DNA of 64,000 bases from Takakia lepidozioides. Its lineage: Eukaryota; Plantae; Bryophyta. The notes under the pieces were generated by a model that saw nothing but the letters and a program-made list of their open reading frames with translations, made no database searches and was not told the origin of the DNA. The DNA lies in the NCBI GenBank assembly GCA_030704615.1, contig CM060732.1, positions 81,964,001 to 82,028,000 on the forward strand. The letters are read 5' to 3'. Both the position numbers and the translations under genes were made by a program. Shown piece by piece: positions 33,868 to 46,181 of this stretch (position 1 is the stretch's first letter; each line of letters opens with the position of its first letter).

Positions 33868-34046
33868 TTGCATGCATGCAGACCGAGAATGGGCGTAAGA
33901 ATGGCCAGGCCTCTTCTGGCCTGATCTGATCTGATCGTCCGCAAGGACTCCCAAACACCCACAGCACCGCTCACCCAGTACCCAGCCTCCCATGACCGCC
34001 TCACGTCAGTTGCATGCATGCGTTGCGTGCATGCGATCATGCATGC
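33868..34046. promoter_or_regulatory. Cluster of RY/Sph (CATGCA) elements plus an ACGT core upstream of the VAL-like gene
   Basis: ttgcatgcatgca (33868-33880); tcacgtca (34001); tgcatgcatgc...gtgcatgc...catgcatgc (34011-34046); 340-510 bp 5' of the ATG. Confidence 0.55.
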
Positions 34047-34999
34047 TCATCGCATCGGTCGAGGCCTGCTGCAAGCTACTTATCAACATGGGTCCTCGCG
34101 AGATAGATAGATAGATAGCTAGGATTGTTCAAGTTCACCCCTCTCAATTCACATGTGCCCACCCCTCTCCTCCATCATCGCTGCTGTATTATTTTCCATC
34201 TTCCTAGTTCCTGCCTATCTTTGGATGATTCCATCCCCGATCCGCACCTTCTCTGCTGTAAGTACATACACCCCATAAACTCCCCCCTCACCTCTCTGGT
34301 CAACATGCCTTCCTGCACTCGCTTGCCTAAACCTGGCCAGCCTCGGCTAACTTACCCCAGACGGCTTTGACCACGTCCTCTCCTCTCCTCTCCTCTCCTT
34401 TACTTACTTTGCATGCACCGTTCAATCCGACCCCCACGCTATCTCTTCTCTACAGTTTGGAGACTCTCTGGCACTTGTACCTAGATCTCGCAACTGTCGG
34501 TTAACCTAGTAATAAGTCTGTATGTAGCCCTCATCTCTCAGCCCGGGAACCAGCAAATCCTCCACTAAAATAATAACACCACGCTCTACTTACTTACTCC
34601 TCACCTGCACAGCGGACTTCACGTGTTTTCGTTGCCAACCCAGTCTGATTGCACATCCAACGGTCAATGCCCTGTTTGCATGAAGAATTGGGTGCGGAAA
34701 AAGGCTGGCAAGGCTGGTGGAGTACCCAAAGGTGGCTGCTAATGAGCCCGAGCCTGCCCTCACCTACACCATCGCTGACAACCTCCACGTTGTGGCCACG
34801 CCCACCTAACCGCAGCATCATGTCGCTATATTCTAGGGCCCCCCTGTCCTCTGCCGCCCCTCATCTCTTCTCCCACGCTCGCATCTACGCACCATCCACT
34901 TGCGCCGCGATTGTGGGTTGCAAAATTTTCTCCTCATCCCCAGTGCCCATCTTCACATTTCGTATCAATTCTTACATCTTTTTCAGATTTCTTCACGGT

Positions 35000-35760
35000 T
35001 TCTCACCATCTCAGTTAGGTCTGCAGATGGATGGCCCGCATTATCCACTTGCAAAGATGAATATCAATGTGGATTCGAAAGTCAAAAGGTACTGCCCGCC
35101 CGGAAATACTATAAGATTCCCCACATCCACTCCATCTTCAACACACTCTTCCAAATTTCTCACCATTTTACTTACTTGCGCGTGTGGACCATGGCAGCGT
35201 TTGACAAAGATGATATGAAATGTGTATTACACTTATCCTCCAAACAAGAGTCAAAAGGTGCGCCATCGATGACGACAAAAGTAGCTCACACTCACAAAAC
35301 CGCAGCACTGCTTAATCAAAATTATGGTTAGCTGTTCATACTTCGGAATCAGGTTCTTAATTCTTAACCCAAAATCAACACTGCCGTGAACGTTAACTCA
35401 CATCTTGATTGACAGCCAACTCAAATGCATGGCCATTGCTATTCCTGGTGATACCTTGATGGGACTATTTCAGCGATGTAAGTTAAGCAAACTATTCGAA
35501 GGTCAAGAAGTGGATGCATACTTCTGATTTGCCAACCTTGCACGTCACTATACCTCCACATCTCCTCGGATGTTGGGTTGGAGGTCACATTCTTCCATGG
35601 AATTGAGGATTTGTTCTGATCGAATCATCGGACAAGATTTTATACCCAAAAACTGTGGACTGTGACTGGAATCTCTCCAAAGTTTAACTGAGAAGTTCGA
35701 GGTGCTGTTCTCCGCTTGTTCCCCAACACAAAGGATGATGAAGTTGATGATTGTACAAAA
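35000..35760 (-). mobile_element. Highly decayed Ty1/copia RT-RNaseH remnant
   Basis: Minus-strand motifs in copia order across frames: QFLGIK, LTYIA, SRYHQ, VHGSVDFGL, NFD*A (cf. DSDWA), FVVIDGAP, HIDIH and ADLT. Confidence 0.4.
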
Positions 35761-38700
35761 GTGGACAAGAAAAGGGATGGAAAATTAGCTTAAGTAAATG
35801 CATGTTACTTACAGAAATGGACTCGGGGCCTGATCACATCAATTGCGGCCTGGCGCCATGCAGCTTCCTCTTACCCCTATATTTCCACCCTTCGATTCTG
35901 GAAGCTGTGAGAGACAAGTCAACTGAATTGGAGTCATGTTGCGTGTAAAATAACACAGAGAAAGAGATTGTTGTGGTTGTAAGATGTGAGGTGAAAGAGT
36001 GCAGAGTAGAATGAATGGATGGGCGATGGGAGATGGGTGGTGTTTTCTTTTGGGAGTGCAGTGGGCGCCACTGACTTGTTGGATAAGTTTGTGAATTGGT
36101 TTTTCCACATGTGTGGCATGATGTGGATGCATGATTGATTGGGGGTGCCGGCCATGCGGAATAAGTGCGGCCTTTAAGTCTCAGGGGGGTTGTTCTGCCT
36201 CCAGGCGACAAATTTGAATACTTACAGCAGTGACCTTCTTGGATGCATCTTCTTCCCAGTCAGTAGTCAGTACCTACTTACATGGAGAGCCATCTCACAG
36301 ACCGCCAATGAGCTGCTGGGGTCTGTGGTGTGATTGGAAGAGTGGGGAGAGAATATGAGGGGGGAAATGGAAAAGATCTGGTTTTGCTTGAGCTTTGTCT
36401 CTCTCCCCCTTCTGTCCTGTTGCCCTGCGAACAAGATGAGTTGGGCTTTGTGCTTCTCCACGCACATCATGCTGTGCGCGAAATCTTTTCTATCGTGTAT
36501 GGTGGTTAGTTTCAAAGCTGGGATAGACCATTTGTTGGGCACCAGAATCGTCCGACCCAACTTCACCACGGCTTCTGCTGGAGGGGGAAGTAGAAAGCGA
36601 AAGAGGGAGGGAGACAAAAGTGATTAGTGTGCCACTACTGAAGATTTCATCTCCTTGGGATGCGAGGGTTGCAGGATTCGCTGAGGAGAATTCTCCATTC
36701 TGCCATCAGCAGGTTCTTGCTCGTGAGGGAGGGTGATGAACTCCCTGAATTTCGCCATCGAAGTTGGATTTGCGTCACATTTCCAGGCGGGGAATGCTTT
36801 TGTCAGCAGTGAGTTGAAGCATGTCTGTGGAAACAATGCGGTGATCTCATGGAATGGAATGCGTCCTGAAGGGCGCAACGGCATTCGATCCCTTACGGCA
36901 AATGCAACATGGATAGCAATGGAGTATCTTTCCGTAGCATCGTCAGGTCCGTTGGCATGGAAGAGGCCAAGGATCCGTGCCAGCGACGTCAAATCTGAAT
37001 GTGAGTTGCCTGTCCCTGTGGGAGTCGCCCTCAGATACATTTCTGCGAAGTGGGGAAGTCTGGGGCCTGAAGGCAAGTGTTGCAAGAGCATGGCTCCTAT
37101 CTTCCGGGGAAATGCAACGGGCTCGCAATATGTTTATTGGTGTGCCTGCGTACAAGTATCAGGTGGAGCTTGTGCGTGAAAGCCAACATTACGTCCATTC
37201 CATGAATACAGAGCATGAATGCACACACAACGCTGGTGCCCTACAGCAATGTAGACGACCTTTCTGGCTGATCAGGTCTTGGAGGAGGCAGAGAACTTCC
37301 TCTTTCCACTGTGATTAGAACTTTTAACTAGTTACTCTAACGCTTGTTTGCTGCCTGCTGCATCCATAACTGCCCCAAGTGGAATGGGCAGCAGTGTGCT
37401 GCGTTGCTCTGGTAGATGGTTTGGACAGTGAGGACAGTGGAAGATCCACACCTGTGAAAGGACCATGGAGCAAGGTTTAAGGTCTGGGTACATACATTGT
37501 TGTAGTAGGCAGATGAAGGAGCAAGGACATCTGGTGGACTTGCTCTTTTCTTGCACAGGGTGGATCAGCAGAGGACCCGTCTTGTGGGAATTGGTGTTGA
37601 TAAGTGACCACAAAATATATACAAAATTTGGACCTTGGGCAATGTCTTGCAAGCTGTCTTGTATCCTCTGTCTGTCTTTTGAGGTTTCAAGGGTCAGTCC
37701 CCTGTTTACTTAAGTCTGCAGTTCTAATATTCAAGGGTCTCTCCCTCTCTTGCATCCACTCACTCACACAATGCACACAGGTGTTGCCATCCCTGATGTG
37801 TGATCATCAATCTTCTGCATTCAACTGACTGAGCTAGGCACTGACATTCTCTGCTAGAAATTGATGTCCTGGTTGAATGGGCCAATAACTGGGGGCCAAG
37901 TTTTTCCAAACCACCATCCTGTTTTGAATGAGTGGTGTCTCTCTGGCTTGCTAAGGAAGGGCTGAAATACTGCAGTGCCTATGGTTTCCCTGCCTGGATC
38001 TTATGCTAAATTGTGCATAGACTGCTGTACACTTCTTTGAAGTATGGAGTATCATTGTGTTGAGGCAGGACGAGCCTTTCACAAGCTTGCAATAGCAAGA
38101 ACCCACAAGACTGCATTACAGAGGGTCCTCAAGAGTTGCGAGTACCTGTGGTTCCAATGTCGGCCTGTTGTTGTGTGTGGGCTTCAACTCCCGACTCAAT
38201 TCATTGTTGTGGCAGAATGCATTAACTGTAACTTACTCCATTCTCCACCACAGCACCACCACAGCAATGACAACCCCAGGCAAGACCACCACCCATTTCT
38301 CTAACTATAAGAGCAAGTTCATCTAGATGAAGCATTTGATTCTCACAGAATTGTTTCATATGACCCTACTTGCGACCAGACCCAGATCAGCTGATGGCGT
38401 TGCAACATAAAGGGAATTAATGTATCCACTTTGCAATTTTGGAGCCAATGTTGACGTTGACTGAATAAGAGCAGTGGCCGAACTACAAATAGGCTGCCCA
38501 TGCATGCAGCACAATGTCATGAAATAATTTGCTGTACAGAAGTGACAGCATCTGAAGTTGAATCTTACACACAGGAGGTGAAGTGAGGGCTGTGTCCTAT
38601 AATCTTAATCAAGACCATGAAGATCATGCCTCAATGCACATGCCCATCTGAAAACTTTGAAGTTTGGCTTAATGAAAATACATAGCTGTCCTGCAAGAAA

Positions 38701-39074
38701 GAAAGCTGCCAAACCACCACCCAAGTGTGCATTGGCACAATCAGAGCCTTCGTGCTAGCAATCAACGTCTGGTCTCCAAGCCATGATGATCCATGTAGCA
38801 AAAAGGGTTCAGCAACCATTTGACGACATGATGACAGGCAGTTTCACCCTGATAAAGCACCACATGCAACTTTTCCATGCCTGTCCCTGTTGCTCCCTCC
38901 TAGATGACACAGTAATATTTTAGTACATGTATTTCCTTGTCTGCAGATTGAAGGGATGGCAATGAAGTGGATCAGCCATCCACCCAACCCAGCTTTACTC
39001 CATCCAATATCACTGATGAACAAGATCTTCTTTTCAAAGTTTTGTTCAGCCACACCTTTTTACATGATGATCCC

Positions 39075-42000
39075 TTAATGCCACACTTTGACCCGTTTGG
39101 GAGCAACAATTTCCTCAAATGTGTCTAATATCTGTGCTGCTAGGCCAACTGGGTCATCTAGCATTGTCTCCATCAGAACATGCACTACTTTCCGCTCAGC
39201 CTCTGTGGCCCGCAGGCTTAGCCATGTGAAGAATTTCAAGCGGAAATCAGGTTTTATGTGGCCCTCACACTCCAGCCAACGCACTGTCCGCACACACTGC
39301 TCAAATACCCTCTCCGACCTGCTCTGGGACTCCTCTAGCTGGTGACTGTCAGGCACCAAAATCTCCAACTCTCTGCAATTATCCCCTCCTTCCTCTAGTG
39401 ACACTACCATCGTCCTCTTTACTGCTGTGTCCACATCACCAGCTTCATCCCAATCTACTGTTGGCCCCACCCTCTGCCTTCGTGCCTCCCGTCGTCTGCT
39501 AAGTTTTCCTGCTGTGGTTGCTTCTGTGGCCCCATACCCATTTAGCTCAGGCCCTGTCTTCTTGCCAATCTTGACTCTGCTTTGCAATTGTGGCCCTGAG
39601 GCACCCGCTGCACCCGACCCCAAAAAGTCAAATGGCACAATCTCATTACCTAAAACACTTCTTGACCTGGGGGAGTTACCACAATCATTCACCTCGACCA
39701 CTATTGGAACCCTGTCACAGTCCTGCGCCTCACTTTCTGACCCTACCTGAGGCTTGGAATCTGCTGTACCTGTGGTTGATATCTGGCAGTTTTCTATATT
39801 TTCCATGTCAGTCAATGGAGCGGGCTGCTGACTTCCCCTTGAATGGCAAACATCCCCAAGCTCCACTTCCACTGCAAGTTTCTCCCCATGGTGAGTTGGC
39901 CTGTTTCCTTCTTCTAATGGTACTGCCTCATCAGTCCAAGCTCCACCTGTTTGCAGGCCCTGTGCAAGGTTGTCCTGGTGGCCAGAGTCGCAGTTTACTT
40001 GCCCAGTGGATGTTCCACCTCGCAAGGAATGTTCTGCCCCTGTTTCCAATTTGGCTCTGTCATTCACCAAAAAGTCACCAATACAAGTGCCAACCTCGAA
40101 AGGTTGTTCTAACCTACTTTTTTCCTGATTCTGTTCTAAGAGGCCCAGACCCACTGAACTGGGCACCGCCCCATTTGCTGCCGCATGGCTATGTCTATGA
40201 TTCACCTCTTTAATGTGAGAACTGGGACCAGCTTCAGTCAAACTTCTGCTCTCTGTTCCATTCCCATTTGCACTAGAAGTTCCAGCATCTCCGTTTCCTC
40301 GCTCAGACTCTGGCCTCAAGTTCCCCCTCACCCTTGTCAAAGTTCTGGAAGCACCACCCTCAGTTGTCTTGGAGGTTAACTCTCCTGTCCTTTCCCAAGC
40401 TGCACACACAACTTTGGCTAGGTCACGCACCTGATAGCCATTCCACATCCCAAAGATGAATTAGACATCAATCTTACATAAAACTTCCAATTGTACAGGG
40501 CGATGCCATTGGAACCATCCTTTGAATTTGAAACAGGTTCAGTTTTACTATGTTAACTTGGAAAGTACCAAGTTGTACTTGACTTGGAAGAATACCAAAC
40601 ACACTTGCCGTGGAGCCCTGTCCCCACACCCTGCTAAATGATTTAACTGTTTGTAGCCTATGATGCATCGATTAATTCTGGTAGGTTGACTCACTGGCTG
40701 AAACTAAATAGGACCTGCAAGGCACCCAACCTCCTCCCCCTCGCATGCATGATATTGCCGACCTACATTTGAAGTTCCACAGCCAGCTAATCTGACAATC
40801 CAAAGTTTTCTAGTATGAACCCAATGCCCCAATGCCCCAATGGCCATCCCATTAGCTGAAAGACATGATGTCAATGAATATTTCCATCAGATAGGAATCC
40901 TGGTGAGCTTCTACTCCGTTTTGAGTAATGGTACCTTAAAGCTTGTGTGTATTGCATCATGAGCTCTGTCACCTGTCTCTCGCTTAACATGCACACTTCC
41001 ATTCAGCCTCCAATCAAGATCTGCCATATTTTCGGGTGTGCCCAGAAACCGCACCTCTCGCTCAACTTCAAGATGGGTCTCAAAAGGAATTTCAGGTGGC
41101 TTTGTGAAGCACCGTGCCTCATTGTGCTCAGTGTTATTTTTCGCATCAATTGCAACCACCTGCCACCAATTTCACATTAATGAACTGTCTGGTAAACAAC
41201 ACCCCAGGAAGCCAATTAGTCAATCAAAGAGCCCTGTCAAACAACTGAGCACTCAAGCAGAGGAAGCCGGAAAATGGATCAAAGATCCATTTGTGGTAAT
41301 CAGTGAGTCTATGAACAAATTTGAAGGGCACTAAGGATTCATGGGATGTGCTGATATCCAAATAATGCTTGGCTGCAGGGAATCTTCACACTTCTGTCCG
41401 GAGGGAAAAATGAATATGACCAAATCTTGGAGCTAGACAATATGGTCGTCTTCACATGAGAGACTTTGGGCATCCAAGGACAGGCAGAAGTATTATGTAT
41501 TATGCATGGTAACACCTGGATGCATATACCCTCCGGCACAAATACACTTCTTTGATGATAGCATGAAAGGCAACAACTTCGGTCCAAACTTGTAAGAAGG
41601 TTATTTGCCACGAGTCCTACTGCTGTGCCATGTCATAACTCTGATTGGCATGGCATAGTATTCAAACTCTGGGTCATTGTGATGTGATTGCAAATTGTTT
41701 GCACATCCTTTGGACCTGTAGGCACTCTTGGAACGCAGCAAGAATTGAGCTCTCACTCACACTACAAATCATCGACACTTGCAGGACCGCTACACAAGAT
41801 CATAAGTTGGCATGGATGGTAGCAAATGGGGCCCCCAAGTCTCACCTTAAATATATACTCCGTGCACGGCTCGAGGTTGGACACTAGGGCTCTCCTCTCT
41901 AAACTTGACAGAGTGTAGGTTGGCCCTCCTTGGAACCCGGGGTCGCTAGCTTTGTGGTGCCATAGCTCATAGCCCACAACACCTGGGACAGTTGTTCCAT

Positions 42001-45000
42001 CCTCCCCTTTCCAGCATACAAGGATTGAGGTAGTTGACACATCTTTGAAGCATATGCCGCATGCTGACAGCCTTGAATCCCATGGCGTATCTGTCCAAGA
42101 TCGTGATTCTCCCTTTGAATATGGGAATTGAATAGATTGTGTCTTAGACACTGGACTTGTTAAACACAGATCATGCTGGAAGTTCTAACCTTAACAGTTC
42201 ACTGTTCATCCCCTCTGTCACGGTAAAAAATATTAGGAAAAAAGACAACTATGGTGGAGAACCAACAGGGTCGCTGTAGTTCTAAGAACTGCCTGCTTAG
42301 GCACAGACGGGTAAAAGTTTGGAGAAACACCCTGATCAGGGATGTTATGACGAAGTAATCATCGAATCCCTGACCAGAGAGGGACAAAGAGAGAAAGAGA
42401 ACAATGATATCCCCATAAGGCTTTGCTCACCTTAGCCTTGAGGCCATAACACCCGCTCTTGGTTTGGACAGAGCAGGAAAGGTGGGGAAGGGGAAGGGGA
42501 ACATGAGCGCTTAATGGCGTGGATACAAAAACTTGGTCCTCCTCAGGTTCATCAGGGTTCAGAAAGATGCAAAAATGTTTTGAAGGAATCACACTACCAT
42601 TATGGAAGGTTCCCCTACTTGGCCCCTTAAAGATACTAATTCTGTCTACCAAATTTTCACATGAAGCTCGTAACTGTGGATGCAAGCCTTCATCTCCGGA
42701 GTTCAGACATCATGGCCTTTGGAACCGATGGTCACCTCAGGTGCACTGACAAATTTAGTTATGAAAGCCTTTCATTGAGAGGCAATCCATTACAATGCAT
42801 AAGAAAATGTACACTGCTCTCTGGGTCATGTTCACAGACCAGAGCATGGCAGATTCCTTTCTCCCAGCTGGGTGAACTGACTGTACAGAGCTAGAGCCTA
42901 ATCTTGATTTTAAATTCAGGCCCCACGATGGGAAGGCCCTATAGGTAGTCCTTAAATGCAACTTGTTAATTCAAGGTGGAAAAGAAGGTTGGCTAAATTG
43001 GGTTGAACTTGCAAGTTGGGGGTGGAAAGGCCTTCTATATAGTCCTATGAGTCCAACTTGTTGATCCAACGGGGAGAAGAAGGTTTCTTAATTTGCATCA
43101 GGTTTCAGCTTATGCAATTTGGAGCCCGCAGCTTGAATTTACTCAAGTGGCTTATCTAGGTGGTGGAAAAGATAGAAGATGCAGTATTCAACCCACCTTC
43201 CACAATTTCCTCAAGTAAATATCATCCAAACATAAACTTCAAAAAGCTGCATCTCAAACTCTCTGATCTATCTGCAATGAGAACAAAGGACCCTACCTTG
43301 AGTGTCAGTGTCAGAGTTTTCACTTGGCTCTGGCAGCAGATCAGAGGCCTCCAGCGCTTGCCTTACGAGCTTCTGAGCCTCCAATCCCGAGGAGAGACGG
43401 CTGACTATGCCCCTCACACACTTGGACGCTGCATCCTGGAGAGGCCCAGTTTCTTCTTCAAGTTTCTTTGCAGCTTTGTCCAAGATGTCATGTCGATCCT
43501 TGTGTTGGATGGTACCATCCAACAAGCGGTGTGCAAGAGACAGGCGTTGGCACAAAACATCCACACGCCGTGCATCCTTTGCAACCACCAGTTGTTTCCT
43601 CCAGCACCTGTCAGAAATTCCAAAACACTCACAGATGTTACTTGTCAAACCAACTACACCAAACTGAGAAAAAGTGGTTGTTATTCCTGTATCATGAGCA
43701 GTACTTCGTTCACTTTTGTTAGGTGTAGCCTTATGCATACCTTCATCAGCTGTCAGGATGCCATGGGCTCTAGGGAAGATGTGAGAGAGTTTGAAAGAAA
43801 GTACCAAAGAAACTATGTAACATCCACAGGAAGCCCAACCATATTATCATACAGAAGTGCATAACAAATATTCATGTGGATAAACAAAACTACCAACTGC
43901 CCGCAGACACCAAGCCTAATAAGTGTAACAAACTATCATAACCGAATGCCTGGATGACCATCCTTGGGGAACACCGTGATTTACTCTCATATTATTCAGG
44001 GCAGGAGGAAAGAAACACTGGTTTATCTCCACTTTCTGCCTGTAGCATACTGGACAAATCCTATTCTCAACAATCTGCCTGTCCCAATCTGGACATTGTG
44101 TGAAGCAAGTCTGAAACATCCCACGTGTGAAATTGGAATTTCTGAGCTTCTGAAACGGAGGTACAGTGACAATCTATTCGATGCTTTCCAAGAAAATCTT
44201 TCTTTGAGAGAGTACCCTTCACATCACCATAGCTACATCAGAAATGTCTGATCTCCATCTGATCTCCTCAAATGTCCAACCGGCGATATAAGTTCGCTTT
44301 ATCCAGCTACTGTACAGATGTAGTCAAATCTACTTCAGCCTCCACCAAGCATTGGAAGGCCCTTTAAGTAGTCCTTGCGACCCAACATTGGTCATTGAAA
44401 AGAGTTAAGAAGTTTAGAGTGGATTTGTGCTGGGTTTCAGCTTCAACATTCTCTTCATGGCCTTACCAAAATTGACCTCAATCTTCTTCCAGGAGGTAAA
44501 GAGGGAGAAGACAAAAAAATTGGTGGCAGGGGAGCCACCAATTTACTTTGAAGCCACTATCATGCACACTGGAAGACCCTCCAGGTAGTCCTTCAGTCCC
44601 AACTTTGATCTGAAAAGATAGATGAGCTTAGAGCAGATTTGTTCTAGGCTTCAGCTCGAATGCCCTTCATGGCCGTACTAATCCTCTTGCCCTCAATCTC
44701 TTCCACTGAGTTCTCAGGGAGGTAAAAGAGGGAGAAAGAAAGGGAAAAAGATAAAGTCGAGAGCCACTCAATTTGCTTTGTGACCATTTCCTGTCAGTTA
44801 TTACGTACCCCTTTGGCCATAGGCTCAGCAGGATACTCACATTCCTCATCCCAATAGTGCAGTTTTAGCCAACCTGAAACTGGCTTCCTGATCTCCCAAA
44901 GCTGACCACAAGAGGACATTGGGTGTTCATTTAAGGGCAGCCATTGACATCAAACTGAAAAGCTAACGTGCCTCAAGTACTGCTTCTACAGTCCTCTACC

Positions 45001-46181
45001 TTGGAACCAGTTGCTATGGCTGCATCTGAGGCACAGTGATGCACATGTTTGTGTGTAAGGGGACAGGGGAGAGGAAAAGACAGAGGAGCCATAAAACTCA
45101 GCATGACACGCATAGCTGGCACAAACATACCCAAGCAGTCCGGTGATTTTCCCACAGGATGGACAGCGGTAGCTTCCATCCAGCCGCACCTCACCACCAA
45201 CCTTGACCACACCTGCAATCCCATGCTTCAAGGCACACTCCAGGTGACATGAAAGACCACAAAGTGTTTCCCCATTGCGGGGCTCATCAGTGCATGCGAT
45301 CCAGAGACTAGGGTCCTTGTTATCATCAAACTGGTGGCACAGGCAGCAGGAGCATCTCTTGCAAAAGGAGTCCCCTGACTTCAAAATTGCCCGGCAGGCA
45401 GAGTTTTCACATACCTGCAGATACCTGGAATGGGTAAAACTATCAGAAATTTGGTCGGTATGTAACATCTGGTCACAAATGAATCCCATCTGAGTGGAAA
45501 AATGGAGTGAGACCCAAAGCGTTGCTTTTAGCTGTTTGAACCACTTTCTGTATATGCACATCCCAGTGACAACTGAAGGAAAACTCGACACAGGAAGGGA
45601 GCACAGGGATCTCTTCACTGCCCCGTGTCCATTTGAGATCCCATGCAGTGGTCATTGATAGTGGGTCTCACTCAATAGACCCCATCAGCTTACAGAGACA
45701 GATCGTACTTAATTTACTGAGAGAGAGACTTTCCTTGCTGAGAGGAAGTGAGAGGATGTAGCAACATAGAAACTCGAGCCTTGGAGTAGAGTATGTGTCA
45801 ACCTGTCATCGCCGGTATATGAGATAGGGGATGGGGCCCAGGTAGAAAGGCGGGACGGATGCTCCCCCTTCCGCTGCCGCCGTTGTGGATTTGGAGTTAT
45901 GGTTTGCTGCAGGACCGTTGTTCGAACGCAATCTGATAAATTGCCGTCTCTAAAAGCCACGACATTGAGTAAGTTGTCAATTAACTTTGCCTTGGAAACG
46001 CCTGGGTACCCCTTTTCTACGCCACTCTCTGCACACAGTAGCTCAATCAGCTCCTTGCATGTCCAGCTATGGAGGACTTCAAGATCTGATGGAGAGCCCC
46101 TTGCCACCTCATACAGAACCTCCTTCCTCTCTGACACGCTGAGCTTTGCAAACTTAGCTGCATCTGCCAGTAGAAGTAAGC
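39075..46181 (-). CDS. VIL: VIN3-like (VIL/VEL) protein with PHD, helical bundle, FNIII and C-terminal VEL/VID domain; first coding exon uncertain (candidate ATG 46480)
   Basis: Exons 46181-45803 ([25 protein letters not shown]), 45424-45131 ([50 protein letters not shown]), 43607-43297 ([28 protein letters not shown]), 42090-41846 ([16 protein letters not shown]), 41159-40935, 40430-39075 ([34 protein letters not shown]). Confidence 0.93.
44353..44790. repeat. Two diverged ~216-bp tandem units in a VIL intron, with related copies at ~42930-43110 in another intron
   Basis: ggaag(g/a)ccct...gtagtcctt...ccaac...ttcagct...cttcatggcc...ggaggtaaa(a)gagggagaa...gagccac..aattt.ctttg occurs twice. 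The core ggaaggccct..gtagtcct also appears near 42930 and 43025. Confidence 0.75.
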
